NCBI GenBank assembly: GCA_963728305.1
Contig: CAVSKE010000014.1
Location: 142,374-206,373, forward strand
DNA from: an uncultured Acidobacteriota bacterium
Lineage (GTDB): Bacteria; Acidobacteriota; Vicinamibacteria; Vicinamibacterales; UBA2999
DNA: 64,000 bases
Reading direction: 5' to 3'
Part shown: piece after piece, positions 54,277-63,776 of the stretch
Numbering within the stretch: position 1 is the stretch's first letter
Layout: each line of letters starts with the position of its first letter
Made by a program: the position numbers and the translations under genes
Notes under the pieces: model-generated
Seen by the model: only the letters and a program-made list of their open reading frames with translations
What the model was told of the DNA's origin: nothing
Database searches by the model: none

Positions 54277-54439
54277 GTGCGTCTTCACAGCGTCTCAGGG
54301 TTCCTCGTCGGAGTTCGTCTTCCAACTCCTCATCATCCTCGTCCTCGGCGTCGTCGAAATCCTCGTCGTCCTCGTCCGTCGCGGTTTCGAGTTCATCATC
54401 GTCGGGACCACCAGTTGGGCTGGCGTGCTTTCGGTTCAT
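54248..54439 (-). CDS. small highly acidic protein (~63 aa)
   Basis: Internal ATG of ORF 54248..54514: MNRKHASPTGGPDDDELETATDEDDEDFDDAEDEDDEELEDEL... The 3' end may be frame-shifted. Confidence 0.35.
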   Translation of the reverse strand: MNRKHASPTGGPDDDELETATDEDDEDFDDAEDEDDEELEDELRRGTLRRCEDARTSGAFTRA

Positions 54440-54483
54440 GGGGTACCTCGCGGCCGCACGGGAGCAAGGCGTGTGCCTCTCGA

Positions 54484-55802
54484 TCAGCGCGCGTCGACCG
54501 CGCCGATCAGCCATTCATTGCGCACCTTGACGAGGCTGAACCGCCACTCTCGACGTTCCACGCGCGGTGTCCGGCTGCCGACTCGTGGGACATATCGCGC
54601 CGTCCCGTTGCAACGCGCTTCCGCGCGCTCGTTGTTGACCTCGATCTGACACGCGTCGAACGAGACCTCCTGCTGCTTCGAGCCGCTCAAACGCGCGGCT
54701 CAGCGTCCGCTCGTTGACGGTCGGCCATACTTCACGCGCGGCGTTCGCGTTGAGCGAGCTGAACGCTCGCCGATATCGCGTCAGGGCGTTCTGGATGCCA
54801 GTGTTGTTCGTGTCGATCACCGCAGCCGAGGCGGCGGACGCGGCCGCACTCGGCGGTGCTGCTGCAGGCGAGGGGGCTGACGTCACGGCTGCGGTCGAGG
54901 GCGGTGTTGCCGGCGGCGTCACCGGCGGCGTTGCCGCGGCGGTTGGTGGAGTCACCGCGGGTGACGACGGAGGTGCAACGGACGGCGGCGGAGTTGCTGG
55001 CGGTGGTGTGGCGGCCGCCGAAGCAGGAGGCGTCGCGGCAGGCGCAGACGCGGGCGGCGATGCGCTTGCGGCAGTGGCCGGAGGAGATGCAGCCGGTACG
55101 TCCACTCCGCCACGACGACGGCGACGGCGGGGTCACACCGGCAGCGAGGCGCGCCGGATCCTGCGACAGTGGACGCGGGAGACGTGGCGGCTCGGGCGCC
55201 GGCGTGCTGACTACGATTCGTGTCTGCGGGCGCAGCTGGCAAGTCCTGCGGCTCTTGTTGAACAGTTACGATCGGCGGCAAATCCGGTGGAACCGCCGCC
55301 GCGGCGGTTGGAACCAGTACCGTTGCTGGCGCCGGAACGGTCGGCGACGGCGCAGGTGTCGGAGACGTGACCGGTGGTAATGACTGCGGCGCTTCGCTGG
55401 ATGGACGCGTGGAAGATGCGACTGAGCCGATCGGCAGCGACAGACGAGTCGATCGCTGCTGCACAACAATGACGGCGAAAAGCGCGGCGGTTGCGGCCAG
55501 GGCGACGAGCACAGCAGGATGCAGGCGCGTTCGCGACTGGAAGGACACCGACGCGCGCATCGGGGGCGCGAGCATCGGGGGCATCGCGGGCATCGCGGCA
55601 TCGGGGGCGCATCGATGGGGTCGTCCACACTTGCCGGTGACCGCATCAACAGCGAAGGACTGGACAAGGCTTCAGCCTCGAACAGGTCGAGAGCTTCCTG
55701 CGGATCCGCACGTGCAGCGAGGTCTGACTCGCTGTCCTGCTCGGACGGAAACGAGTCCATCGCGTCGGGATCATCCAGGTAGTACAGCTCTGGTTTCTTC
55801 AT
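54484..55802 (-). CDS. single-pass membrane protein: acidic N-terminus, TM helix, long Pro/Ala/Thr-rich linker, C-terminal NTF2/SnoaL-like domain; several frame disruptions
   Basis: MKKPELYYLDDPDAMDSFPSEQDSESD (ORF 55266..55802). TM segment LHPAVLVALAATAALFAVIVV (ORF 54952..55593). PATPPPSVAPPSSPAVTPP linker plus IQNALTRYRRAFSSLNANAAREVWPTV (ORF 54515..55105). End EVSFDACQIEV...WRFSLVKVRNEWLIGAVDAR (ORF 54484..54690). Confidence 0.5.
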
Positions 55803-55820
55803 GGACTTGCAGCTGACCCC

Positions 55821-57005
55821 TCAGTGGAACCAGTAATCGAAGGTCACGCTCGGCACCCAGCTCGCATTGAGACCCACATCGGTCAGCGGCCTCAGCACGT
55901 TCGCCGTCAGCAGCCATGTCGATGCGACGTTCCATTTGAAACCGGCGACGACCAGCAGGCGATCGGCGGTTTCATCCGAGCTGGTGAGCCTGATCGTGTC
56001 CACACCGGCCAGACGCGGGTGCGGCAGCGTGGTCTCGGTGAGCTGGCCCACGGCGTCGAGCCGCCGGCCGAGCAGTTCGCCCACCAGTGTCAGGCGCGGC
56101 GCGGCGACGGCGGTGACCGCCGCAGCGTAGGTGAGCGCCTCAGAGACGCCACGAAGCGTGTATCCGACCTCACCATGAATGCCCACCCGATCCGCTTCGT
56201 ACGAGCCGATCACCCGAGGTGTGAAGCTGAAGCTTCCAGCGCCGAGCAGGTCCTCCTCCCTGCCCGTTGGCAGACGCGCCTCACCACCAACCGCTACTCC
56301 GCTGGCGCCGGCACGATAGACATTGTATCTGGCGCGCAGCACGACGTCGCCGATCCCCGCTGCTGAGGCTGAACCAGTGGCCTGGAGCAATTGCCGGCCG
56401 CGGTAGGTATCGACGCGCTCACCTTCAAGCATGAGACGGATGAAGGGAATCCCGGCGCTGACATCGAATCGATCGGTGATGCCGACGGTGCCGTTGAGCG
56501 TCATCGTATCGCTGCGAATCCGCAACGAGACGGTCTCGATGTCAAATGGCGTCGTCTCTCCCCTGAACACGCTGGCCGTGGACACCAGCGTGCCATCGCG
56601 GAGACTGCGGCCATCAATGTTGTCGAACGAGACGCTGCTGAAGCTCATCCCGAACGATGCGCGTCCCTGTCCCGCGAGCAGCGAACGCTCCGTGAACAGC
56701 GGGCCGAAACTGTCACTGGCGCGGATGACGGTACCGAGCGTTGGGTCCAGGCGATAGGTGAACCCGCCGCCGGATGAGGACGGCAGCGTGGCGAGTTCGA
56801 GGACGAGCAGCTTCGAGATGGTGTCGCGCGTGGCGATGGCCGCCTGTTCATCGCGCACGAAGTCGTCGGTGGGAATCGTCCGATTCGTGACGAGGAACGA
56901 CAGCACGTCGCTGATCGACTGCTGCGCGGCCGCCGGCTCGGCGCAGATCAGGATGACAACGGCGATCGCCGCCGCACCGAACCTGCGCCAGGTCGCGGCA
57001 GTCAT
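55821..57005 (-). CDS. outer-membrane beta-barrel protein (MetA-pathway/'transporter'-like porin family, tentative)
   Basis: ATG 57005 preceded by AGGAGA that overlaps the upstream stop. Signal peptide MTAATWRRFGAAAIAVVILICAEPAAAQ. Alternating-hydrophobicity strands. C-terminus VTFDYWFH. Confidence 0.55.
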   Translation of the reverse strand: MTAATWRRFGAAAIAVVILICAEPAAAQQSISDVLSFLVTNRTIPTDDFVRDEQAAIATRDTISKLLVLELATLPSSSGGGFTYRLDPTLGTVIRASDSFGPLFTERSLLAGQGRASFGMSFSSVSFDNIDGRSLRDGTLVSTASVFRGETTPFDIETVSLRIRSDTMTLNGTVGITDRFDVSAGIPFIRLMLEGERVDTYRGRQLLQATGSASAAGIGDVVLRARYNVYRAGASGVAVGGEARLPTGREEDLLGAGSFSFTPRVIGSYEADRVGIHGEVGYTLRGVSEALTYAAAVTAVAAPRLTLVGELLGRRLDAVGQLTETTLPHPRLAGVDTIRLTSSDETADRLLVVAGFKWNVASTWLLTANVLRPLTDVGLNASWVPSVTFDYWFH

Positions 57006-57012
57006 CGATCTC

Positions 57013-58450
57013 CTAGTCATCATCGTCGTCGTCATCATCGTCGTCGCGGCCCCTCTGCTCGACTGTCGCGGTTCGTCCCCCGGCTGTCAGGGTTCCGGTG
57101 CGATCGTTCCCGGTGTTCCGAGTGTAGCCGAAGGTGACCGTGCCGTCGCCGGTGCCGCTCGCCCCTGACGAAATTGAAATCCAGGAGCTGTTGCTGACGG
57201 CGGTCCAGGAGCAGCCACTGCCCGTGGAGACTCTCACAGTGTCAGTGCCCGAATTGGCGCTAACCCGTTGATTGCTTGGCGAGATCGAGTATGTGCAGGG
57301 CACGATTGCCGCCTGTGTCACGGTGAAGGTCTCACCGGCAATCGTCAGGGTGCCGCTTCGCGATCCAGCAATGTTCGGCGCAACGAGATACCCGACGTTC
57401 CCGTTGCCAGTCCCTGTCGCACCCGCGGTGATGGTGATCCAGGCGGCACTGCTCGCCGCGGTCCACGCGCACGCGCTGGTAGTGGATACGCTCACAGTGC
57501 CTGTGCCACCGAGCACGGGCACGCTGTTGTTGCGTCGGCGAGATCGAATAGCTGCACGCGGCGGGTGGAGCCGGACTGCCGCTCGCGGCCTGGGAAACGG
57601 TGAAGGCGCGGCCGGCGATCGTGAGCGTTCCGGTTCGCGCCGCGCCGCTGTTGGCCGTCACGCTGAACGTGACGGTACCGTTACCGCTTCCGGTCGCGCC
57701 AGAGTTGATCGTGATCCACGTGGCGCCGCTCGTCGCCGTCCACCGACACGTTACCGGGGACGAGACGGTGACCGGCGTGCCCGCTCCGCCAGCTGCCGCC
57801 ATGTTCTGACTGGTCGGCGAAATCGTCGCGCTGCAGTTTGGAGCGGGCGCGCTGACGCCTGCCTGCGTGATGGTGGACCGTTGATTGGCGACAGCGATCG
57901 CTCCGCTGCGCGTGTCACCCTGATTCGGCGCCACAGTGAAGCTCACCGTGCCGTTGCCGCTCCCCGTCGGCGACGACGCCAGCACGATCCAGCCGGAGTC
58001 GGATGCCGCCGTCCATCCGCAGTCGTTGGTGGTCGTGATGTTGATGCTGCCGGCGCTACCGCTCGAGCCGACGTTCTGACTCGACGGACCGACATCGTAG
58101 CGGCAGGGGGCGCGCTGGGACACGCGCACCTGCTCTCCGTTGACGACAATCGTCCCGTCGCGCATCGAAGCGCCGTCGTTGGCCGCCACGCGAAACGACA
58201 CGCTGGCCGCGCCCTGCCCCGACGCCGGCGACAACGCCGAGATCCAGCTCACATTCGTCGACACATCCCACGCGCATTCGGGCTGTGTCGTAATCGCCAG
58301 CGACCCTGGGCCGGCGCCGGCCTCCATCATCGGCGGCGTGGCAACCGTCACCTGACACTTCACAGGGTTCGGGCTTTGCGTCACGGTTGAGGAGGTCTCG
58401 CAGCCGCAGAAGAATGCGGCCGCACACAGGCTCAGAGCAATGCGCTTCAC
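57013..58450 (-). CDS. lipoprotein with six BACON-like ~90-aa repeats and a C-terminal Asp10 tail (paralogue 1), one frame disruption near 57530
   Basis: GTG 58450: [21 protein letters not shown] lipobox. Repeats of the type C.Y.ISP...GG.G.V.V....C.WTA.S...WI.I.SG..G.GNG.V.F.V..N.G..R.G.L.IAG..FTV.Q. Ends [15 protein letters not shown]-stop. Confidence 0.65.
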
Positions 58451-58483
58451 TGGCCTTTCAGCAGCATCGGCAGCCCGGTCGGG

Positions 58484-58499
58484 AGCAAAGGGCATTCCA
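58484..58499 (-). promoter_or_regulatory. sigma-54-type -24/-12 element upstream of lipoprotein 1
   Basis: Minus strand TGGAATGCCCTTTGCT, GG and GC 10 nt apart, 34 nt upstream of GTG 58450. Confidence 0.5.
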
Positions 58500-58640
58500 C
58501 TGAATCTGAGCCGACGGCTCAGGCAGATCCCCCGTTGACGCCTACGGCTCCGGTGGTCCAGTGCTCACAAGTGGGATAACTCTTCCATTCGCCATTCGGA
58601 GTGTGGCGCACGGACCGAGCGCTAGTCGACCGCCTCTCCC

Positions 58641-60080
58641 TCAATTTTCTCCCTGTTCGATGATCGCCGCTATGCCCGCGACCGTGAGCGTTCCCCGTCG
58701 AACCCTGTTGCCAGTGTTTGCGCTGTATCCGAAATTCACGGTGCCGTTGCCGGTGCCCGTCGCGCCCGAGGTGACCGTAATCCACGGGTCGTTGCTCACC
58801 GCCGACCACGTACACGTGCTCCCCGCCGACACCGCGACCGTGCCGGAACCCGCCCCTGCGTCAACCTTCTGACCGGTGGGCGTGATTGAGTATTCGCACG
58901 CCAGTGCCGCCTGCGTGACCGTGAATGTCTGCCCGGCAATCGTCAGCGTGCCGGTCCGAGAGCCCCCGATGTTCGGCAGCACCAGATAGCGGACGCTGCC
59001 GTTGCCAGTACCCGACCCACCAGAGGTGATCGTGATCCACGCGGCATTGCTCGAGGCCGTCCACGCGCATGCGCTGGTCGTCGACACGTCAACGGATCCC
59101 GTGTCGCCGAGCACGCGCGCGGAGTCGTTCGTCGGAGAAATCGAGTAGTTGCACGCCGGCGGTGGCGATGGCGGCGGAGGCGGTGGTGGTGACGGTGGCG
59201 GCGCGTTTGCGCCCGCGGCCTGCGTCACGGCAGACGCGCGGCCGCCAATCGAAAGCGTTCCCGTTCGCGCCGCGGCCGTGTTGGCCGAGACGGTGAAGGT
59301 AACCGTGCCATTGCCCGTCCCGGACGCGGCAGAAGTGATCGCGATCCACGTCGCTCCGCTCGATGCCGTCCACTGACAACGTCCGGCCGCCGTGACAGAG
59401 ATGGGCGTGCCCGGTCCGCCAGCCGCTGACACGTTCTGACTGGTCGGCGAGATGGACGGGTCACACGGCGGCGCGTCGACACCAGCCTGCGTGATCGTGG
59501 AGCGTTGGTTGGCAACCAGAATCGCACCGCTGCGCGGATCACCTTGGTTGGGGGCCACGGTGAAGCTCACGGTACCGTTGCCGTTTCCCGCCAGTGTTGA
59601 TACCAGCGCAATCCAGCGAGAGTCGGACGATGCCGTCCATGCGCAGTCGTTGGTCGTCGAAATATTGAGCGTGCCGGCACCGCCGCTCGCGCTCATGCCC
59701 TGGCTCGATGGTCCGACATCGTAGCGGCACGGTGCGCGCTGGGACACGCGCACCTGCTCTCCGTTCACGACGATCATCCCGTCTCGCGTTGATTGGCCGT
59801 CGTTGACCGCCACACGGAACGACACGCTGGCCGTGCCTTGCCCCGACGGCGGCGACAGCGCCGAGATCCAGATCACGGTCGTCGACGCTTCCCATCCGCA
59901 CTCGGGTTGCGTGGTGACGCCGAGCGATCCTGATCCGCCGCCCGCGTCGATCATCGGCGGCGTGGCAAGTGTGACCTGACACTTCACCGAATCCGGGCCG
60001 TTCGTGATGGTTGAAGAGACAGACGTTTCGCAGCCGCCGGCGAATGCTCCAGCAAAGAGGAGCATAGCAATGCGCTTCAC
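58641..60080 (-). CDS. lipoprotein with six BACON-like repeats and a poly-Pro/Ser linker (paralogue 2), intact
   Basis: GTG 60080 (GGAG 6 nt upstream): [20 protein letters not shown] lipobox. Same repeat consensus. [17 protein letters not shown] linker between repeats 4 and 5. Confidence 0.7.
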   Translation of the reverse strand: MKRIAMLLFAGAFAGGCETSVSSTITNGPDSVKCQVTLATPPMIDAGGGSGSLGVTTQPECGWEASTTVIWISALSPPSGQGTASVSFRVAVNDGQSTRDGMIVVNGEQVRVSQRAPCRYDVGPSSQGMSASGGAGTLNISTTNDCAWTASSDSRWIALVSTLAGNGNGTVSFTVAPNQGDPRSGAILVANQRSTITQAGVDAPPCDPSISPTSQNVSAAGGPGTPISVTAAGRCQWTASSGATWIAITSAASGTGNGTVTFTVSANTAAARTGTLSIGGRASAVTQAAGANAPPPSPPPPPPPSPPPACNYSISPTNDSARVLGDTGSVDVSTTSACAWTASSNAAWITITSGGSGTGNGSVRYLVLPNIGGSRTGTLTIAGQTFTVTQAALACEYSITPTGQKVDAGAGSGTVAVSAGSTCTWSAVSNDPWITVTSGATGTGNGTVNFGYSANTGNRVRRGTLTVAGIAAIIEQGEN

Positions 60081-60114
60081 GGGAACTCCGCAGCACCGGC
60101 CTCGCTCCTGAAGG

Positions 60115-60130
60115 AGCAAAGGCCATTCCA
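60115..60130 (-). promoter_or_regulatory. sigma-54-type -24/-12 element upstream of lipoprotein 2
   Basis: Minus strand TGGAATGGCCTTTGCT, 35 nt upstream of GTG 60080. The ORF-track N-terminal extension MEWPLLL is this element translated. Confidence 0.5.
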
Positions 60131-60161
60131 CGGAAGTTCAACGATTGAGCGGCCCGATGAC

Positions 60162-62660
60162 TCAGTTCTGCGTGACGGTGAACGTCTGACCCGCGATAGT
60201 CAGCGTCCCAGTGCGCGGAGCCGGCGGCGTTGGCCACGACAGCGAACCCAACCGTTCCGTTCCCGGTCCCCGACGCGCCCGACGTGATCGTGAGCCACGG
60301 CGCATTGCTACTACGTCGCCGTCCACGCACACGCGCTCGTCGTCGTGACCGTCACCGTGCCCGTGAGCGCGCCAACCGCAGGTATGGGCTGGGGTCGTCG
60401 AGGCGATCGAGTACGTGCACGGCGCGACGAATGCGGCCTGGTTGACCGTGAACGTTTGGCCGGCAATCGTCGCCGTGCCGGTGCGCGCCACGCCGGTGTT
60501 CGCCGCGATGCTCAGGCCCACCGACCCGTTGCCAGTACCCGATGCGCCCGAGGTGATGGTGAGCCACGGCAGCATTGCTGGTCGCCGTCCACGCGCAGGC
60601 GGCTCGTCGTCGTGACCGTCACCGTGGCCGGTGCCACGCGAGCGCAGGTATGGGCTGGGGGTCGTCGAGGCGATCGAGTACGTGCACGGCGCACGACGCG
60701 GCCTGGTTGACCGTGAACGTCTGGCCGGCGATCGTTGCGTGCCGGTGCGCGCCGCGCCGGTGTTCGCCGCGATGCTCAGGCCCACCGACCCGTTGCCGGT
60801 GCCCGACGCGCCCGACGTGACGGTGAGCCACGGCAGCGCTATTGCTGGTCGCCGTCCACGTGCACGCGCGCGGTCGTCGTGACCGTGACCGTGGCGCGGT
60901 CGCACCGCAGCGCAGGTATGGGCTGGGCGTCGTCGAGCGCGATCGAGTACGTGCACGGCGCGACGAATGCGGCCTGGTTGACCGTGAACGTCTGGCCGGC
61001 GATCGTCGCCGTGCCAGTGCGCGCCGCGCCGGTGTTCGCCGCGATGCTCAGGCCCACCGACCCGTTGCCAGTACCCGATGCGCCCGACGTGATGGTGAGC
61101 CACGGCAGCGCATTGCTGCTCGCCGTCCACGCGCAGGCGGCGGTCGTCGTCGTGACCGTCACCGTGGCCGGTCCACCGAGCGCAGGTATCTGGCTGGGCG
61201 GTCGTCGAGGCGATTGAATACGTGCAGGGTGCGACAAAGGGCGACTGGAAGACGGTGAACGTCTGACCGGCAATGGTCGCGGTTCCGCTGCGTTGGCCCG
61301 CCGGTGTTGGCCGCGATGCTTAGACCTACGGCTCCGGTTCCGGTCCCCGACGCTCCAGACGTCACGGTGATCCATGGTGCGTTGCTCGTCGCGGTCCATG
61401 CACACCCGACAGTGGTCGTCACCGAAACGGTGGTGGTGTTGGCATTCGCATCTACACCCTGACTCGTTGGCGCGATCGAATACGTGCACGGCGCGACAGA
61501 GGCCGCCTGGTCGACCGTGAACGTCTGGGTGCCGATGGTGAGCGTACCGGAACGCGCGGCGCCGGTATTCGGCGCGACGCTGAAGCCGACGGATCCGTTT
61601 CCGGTTCCCGCGGCGCCGGAGGTAATGGTGAGCCACACGGCATTGCTGGAAGCGGTCCATGGACAGGTCGCGGTAGTCGTGACGGTCACCGTCCCCGTGC
61701 CGGCAGCCGCCGGCGCATTCTGAGTGGGGGCGAAAGCGAGTAGGTACACGAGCCGGGCGGTGTCGAGCCTGCCGCCTGCGACACCGTAAACGTCTGGTTC
61801 GCGATCGATATCGTGCCCGAGCGCGCCGCGCCTGCATTGGCGGCGGCGGCGAACGTCACCACACCGTTTCCGCTTCCCGTCGAACCGGACGTGACGCTGA
61901 GCCACGGCGCATTGCTCGCCGCCGCCCAATCGCAGACGCTCTGCGCCTGCACGTCGATGGTGCCTGTGCCGCCGGCAGCGGGGAGATTCTGGCTGGCTGG
62001 CGCAATCGCTATGCTGCAGTTCGCGACCGACTGGATCACGGTTGCGCGCTGACCGGCAACAGTGATGACGCCGCTCCGCTGCGCGCCCTGGCTCGGCGCG
62101 ACAGTGAAGTTGATCACGCCGCCGCCTGTCCCACTGGCGGGAGCCGTCAGCGAAATCCAGCCGGCATCGGTTGTGGCCGTCCACGCGCACGCCGCGTCGG
62201 TGGTCGTCACCGTCACCGTCGACGGGCCGCCGGTCATGGCGATGGTCTGCGTCGGCGGCGTCAGCGTGTAGCGACAGGGTGCACGCTGCGATACGCGCGC
62301 CTGCTCGTCGTTGATCACGATCATCGCTTCGCGTTGCGACGATCCGTCGTTCGCCGCGGCGCGGAACGACACGCTGCCGTTGCCTTGTCCGGATGCGGGC
62401 GACAAACCAGAGATCCAGCTGGCGCTGGTCGATGCGGTCCACGCACATTCCGGCAATGCGGTGACGGTGATCGCACCGTTACCGCCGACGGCTTCGAGCA
62501 TCGCCGGCGCTGCGACGGTGACCTGACACTTGACGGGCGTGGGCGCGGCAGACGTTGTTGAGGATGTTTCGCAGCCTGCAGCGACAACGGTGGCAAGAAA
62601 GAGCACCGCCGTTACCCAGCAGCGCGTCCTCACGCGGATGAAATTGGCACCTGGCTCCAC
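60162..62660 (-). CDS. large lipoprotein with ~9-10 BACON-like repeats (paralogue 3), many frame disruptions in the near-identical 3' repeats, start uncertain (62633-62660)
   Basis: [19 protein letters not shown] lipobox in ORF 61686..62813. Repeats continue through ORFs 61159..62448, 60839..61837 and 60162..61130. Ends [14 protein letters not shown]-stop. Confidence 0.6.
60440..61245. repeat. three near-identical ~270-bp tandem repeats inside lipoprotein 3 (one BACON-like unit each)
   Basis: Unit starts GTTGACCGTGAACGT at 60440, 60706 and 60977 (spacings 266 and 271 nt, not multiples of 3). Flanked by more diverged units starting at about 60168 and 61245. Confidence 0.7.
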
Positions 62661-62685
62661 CGTGGCCACAGCAGCGTGGCTATGG

Positions 62686-62701
62686 AGCAATGACCATTCC
62701 A
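62686..62701 (-). promoter_or_regulatory. sigma-54-type -24/-12 element upstream of lipoprotein 3
   Basis: Minus strand TGGAATGGTCATTGCT, with the same GG/GC spacing and the same TGGAATG...TTGCTCC flanks as the other two. Confidence 0.45.
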
Positions 62702-62764
62702 GTGCGCAGCCAATCAGCCTCAGCCACAACGAGTGTTGAGGTTCGATTGATATGATCATGGCCC

Positions 62765-63229
62765 GTGGTGTCCATTCTATTGCTGGCAGCGTTCGTCTCC
62801 GCGCAAGCGCCAATCGACGTCTATGAACTTGCCGACTATCGGCTGACGACGGAGGTGTTCGAACGGTTCGTCCAGGCGTCGACTCGGATCGGGGATCTTA
62901 CCCGAGACGACGACTCGTTCAGACATGCGCCGCTCTTTACCAAGGACGTCGTGCTGTCGGGTGATGCGGTGGCCGAAGTTGCCGGGCTCATGGCCCGTCT
63001 GGAAAATCATCCGGCGATTGCCGCGGCGCTCAAGGACGCGGCGATCACTCCGCGCGAGTACGCGAAATTCGTAATTACAATAATCGCCGCCCGTCTCGCC
63101 CACGGCTTTCTCGCGTCGGGCGTCCTGCCGCGCGTCCCGGCGGGACCGCCGACGATCAACGTGGAGTTCGTCAAGGCACACGAGGCTGCCGTCACAGCCG
63201 CCCTTGCCAGCCTCGGCGTTCGTGACTGA
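62765..63229 (+). CDS. hypothetical secreted protein
   Basis: Intact 154-aa ORF. N-terminal VSILLLAAFVSAQA signal-like segment. No recognisable motif. Confidence 0.45.
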   Translation: MVSILLLAAFVSAQAPIDVYELADYRLTTEVFERFVQASTRIGDLTRDDDSFRHAPLFTKDVVLSGDAVAEVAGLMARLENHPAIAAALKDAAITPREYAKFVITIIAARLAHGFLASGVLPRVPAGPPTINVEFVKAHEAAVTAALASLGVRD

Positions 63230-63743
63230 TTCCGGTGAGCGACCGCACGTGGCGATGGTCGTCCTGAGCGGACTGCCAGGCGTAGGCAAGACGACGATTG
63301 CGCGCGAGCTCGCGATCGCACTGAGTGCCGTGCACGTGCGGATCGATTCGATCGAACAGGCATTGCGGAACGCGGGATTGACGGTCTATGACCAGGGTTA
63401 CCGCGTGGCCTACGCCGTCGCCGAGGACAACCTGCGACTGGGCCGGATAGTCATCGCGGATTGCGTGAATCCGTGGCCGCTTACGAGACGCGAGTGGCAG
63501 GCCGTGGCGGATCGCGCGGCAGCACGTGCAATCAGTATCGAGATCGTCTGCTCGGACATCGATGAACACAAACGGCGCGTTGAATCACGAACGCCGGACA
63601 TCGCTCATCACAGGCTGCCCACGTGGTCTGAGGTGCTCGCGCATGACTACCGTCCCTGGGACAGCGAACGGCTCGTCGTTGATACGGCGCGGTTGAATAT
63701 CCCGCAAGGCGTCCAGGCGATTGTGTCTGCCGTCTCCTCTTGA
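63222..63743 (+). CDS. P-loop kinase-like ATPase (AAA_33-type)
   Basis: ORF 63204..63743. GTG 63222 overlaps the upstream stop. Walker A LSGLPGVGKTT. Small (~170 aa) kinase-like fold. Confidence 0.6.
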   Translation: MTDSGERPHVAMVVLSGLPGVGKTTIARELAIALSAVHVRIDSIEQALRNAGLTVYDQGYRVAYAVAEDNLRLGRIVIADCVNPWPLTRREWQAVADRAAARAISIEIVCSDIDEHKRRVESRTPDIAHHRLPTWSEVLAHDYRPWDSERLVVDTARLNIPQGVQAIVSAVSS

Positions 63744-63776
63744 CCCTCACGTCGCGTCAGGCCGCAGACTGGTGTC

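Noticed and set aside
57006-57038. Barrel gene start at 57038 ([12 protein letters not shown]), overlapping the lipoprotein 1 tail by 26 nt
   Set aside because: ATG 57005 is preceded by AGGAGA at optimal spacing and gives a normal signal peptide. The upstream Met/Thr run is the Asp-tract read in another frame.
60081-60131. N-terminal extensions of the lipoprotein ORFs ([17 protein letters not shown] and, at 58451..58495, MPFAPDRAADAAERP)
   Set aside because: They are conserved at the DNA level as the TGGAATG...TTGCTCC element. They precede a conserved GTG-AAG-CGC-ATT start with a Shine-Dalgarno and lipoprotein signal peptide, so they are promoter rather than coding sequence.
60162-61260. Regular ~270-bp repeats considered as a non-coding repeat array
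   Set aside because: Each unit translates into a complete BACON-like domain continuous with the rest of lipoprotein 3, so these are coding-domain repeats.
62644-62660. TTGGCACCTGGCTCCA on the plus strand considered as a sigma-54 promoter for 62765..63229
   Set aside because: The -24-like TGGCAC is present, but the -12 position reads TCCA. The better-fitting element in this gap is on the minus strand (62686..62701).
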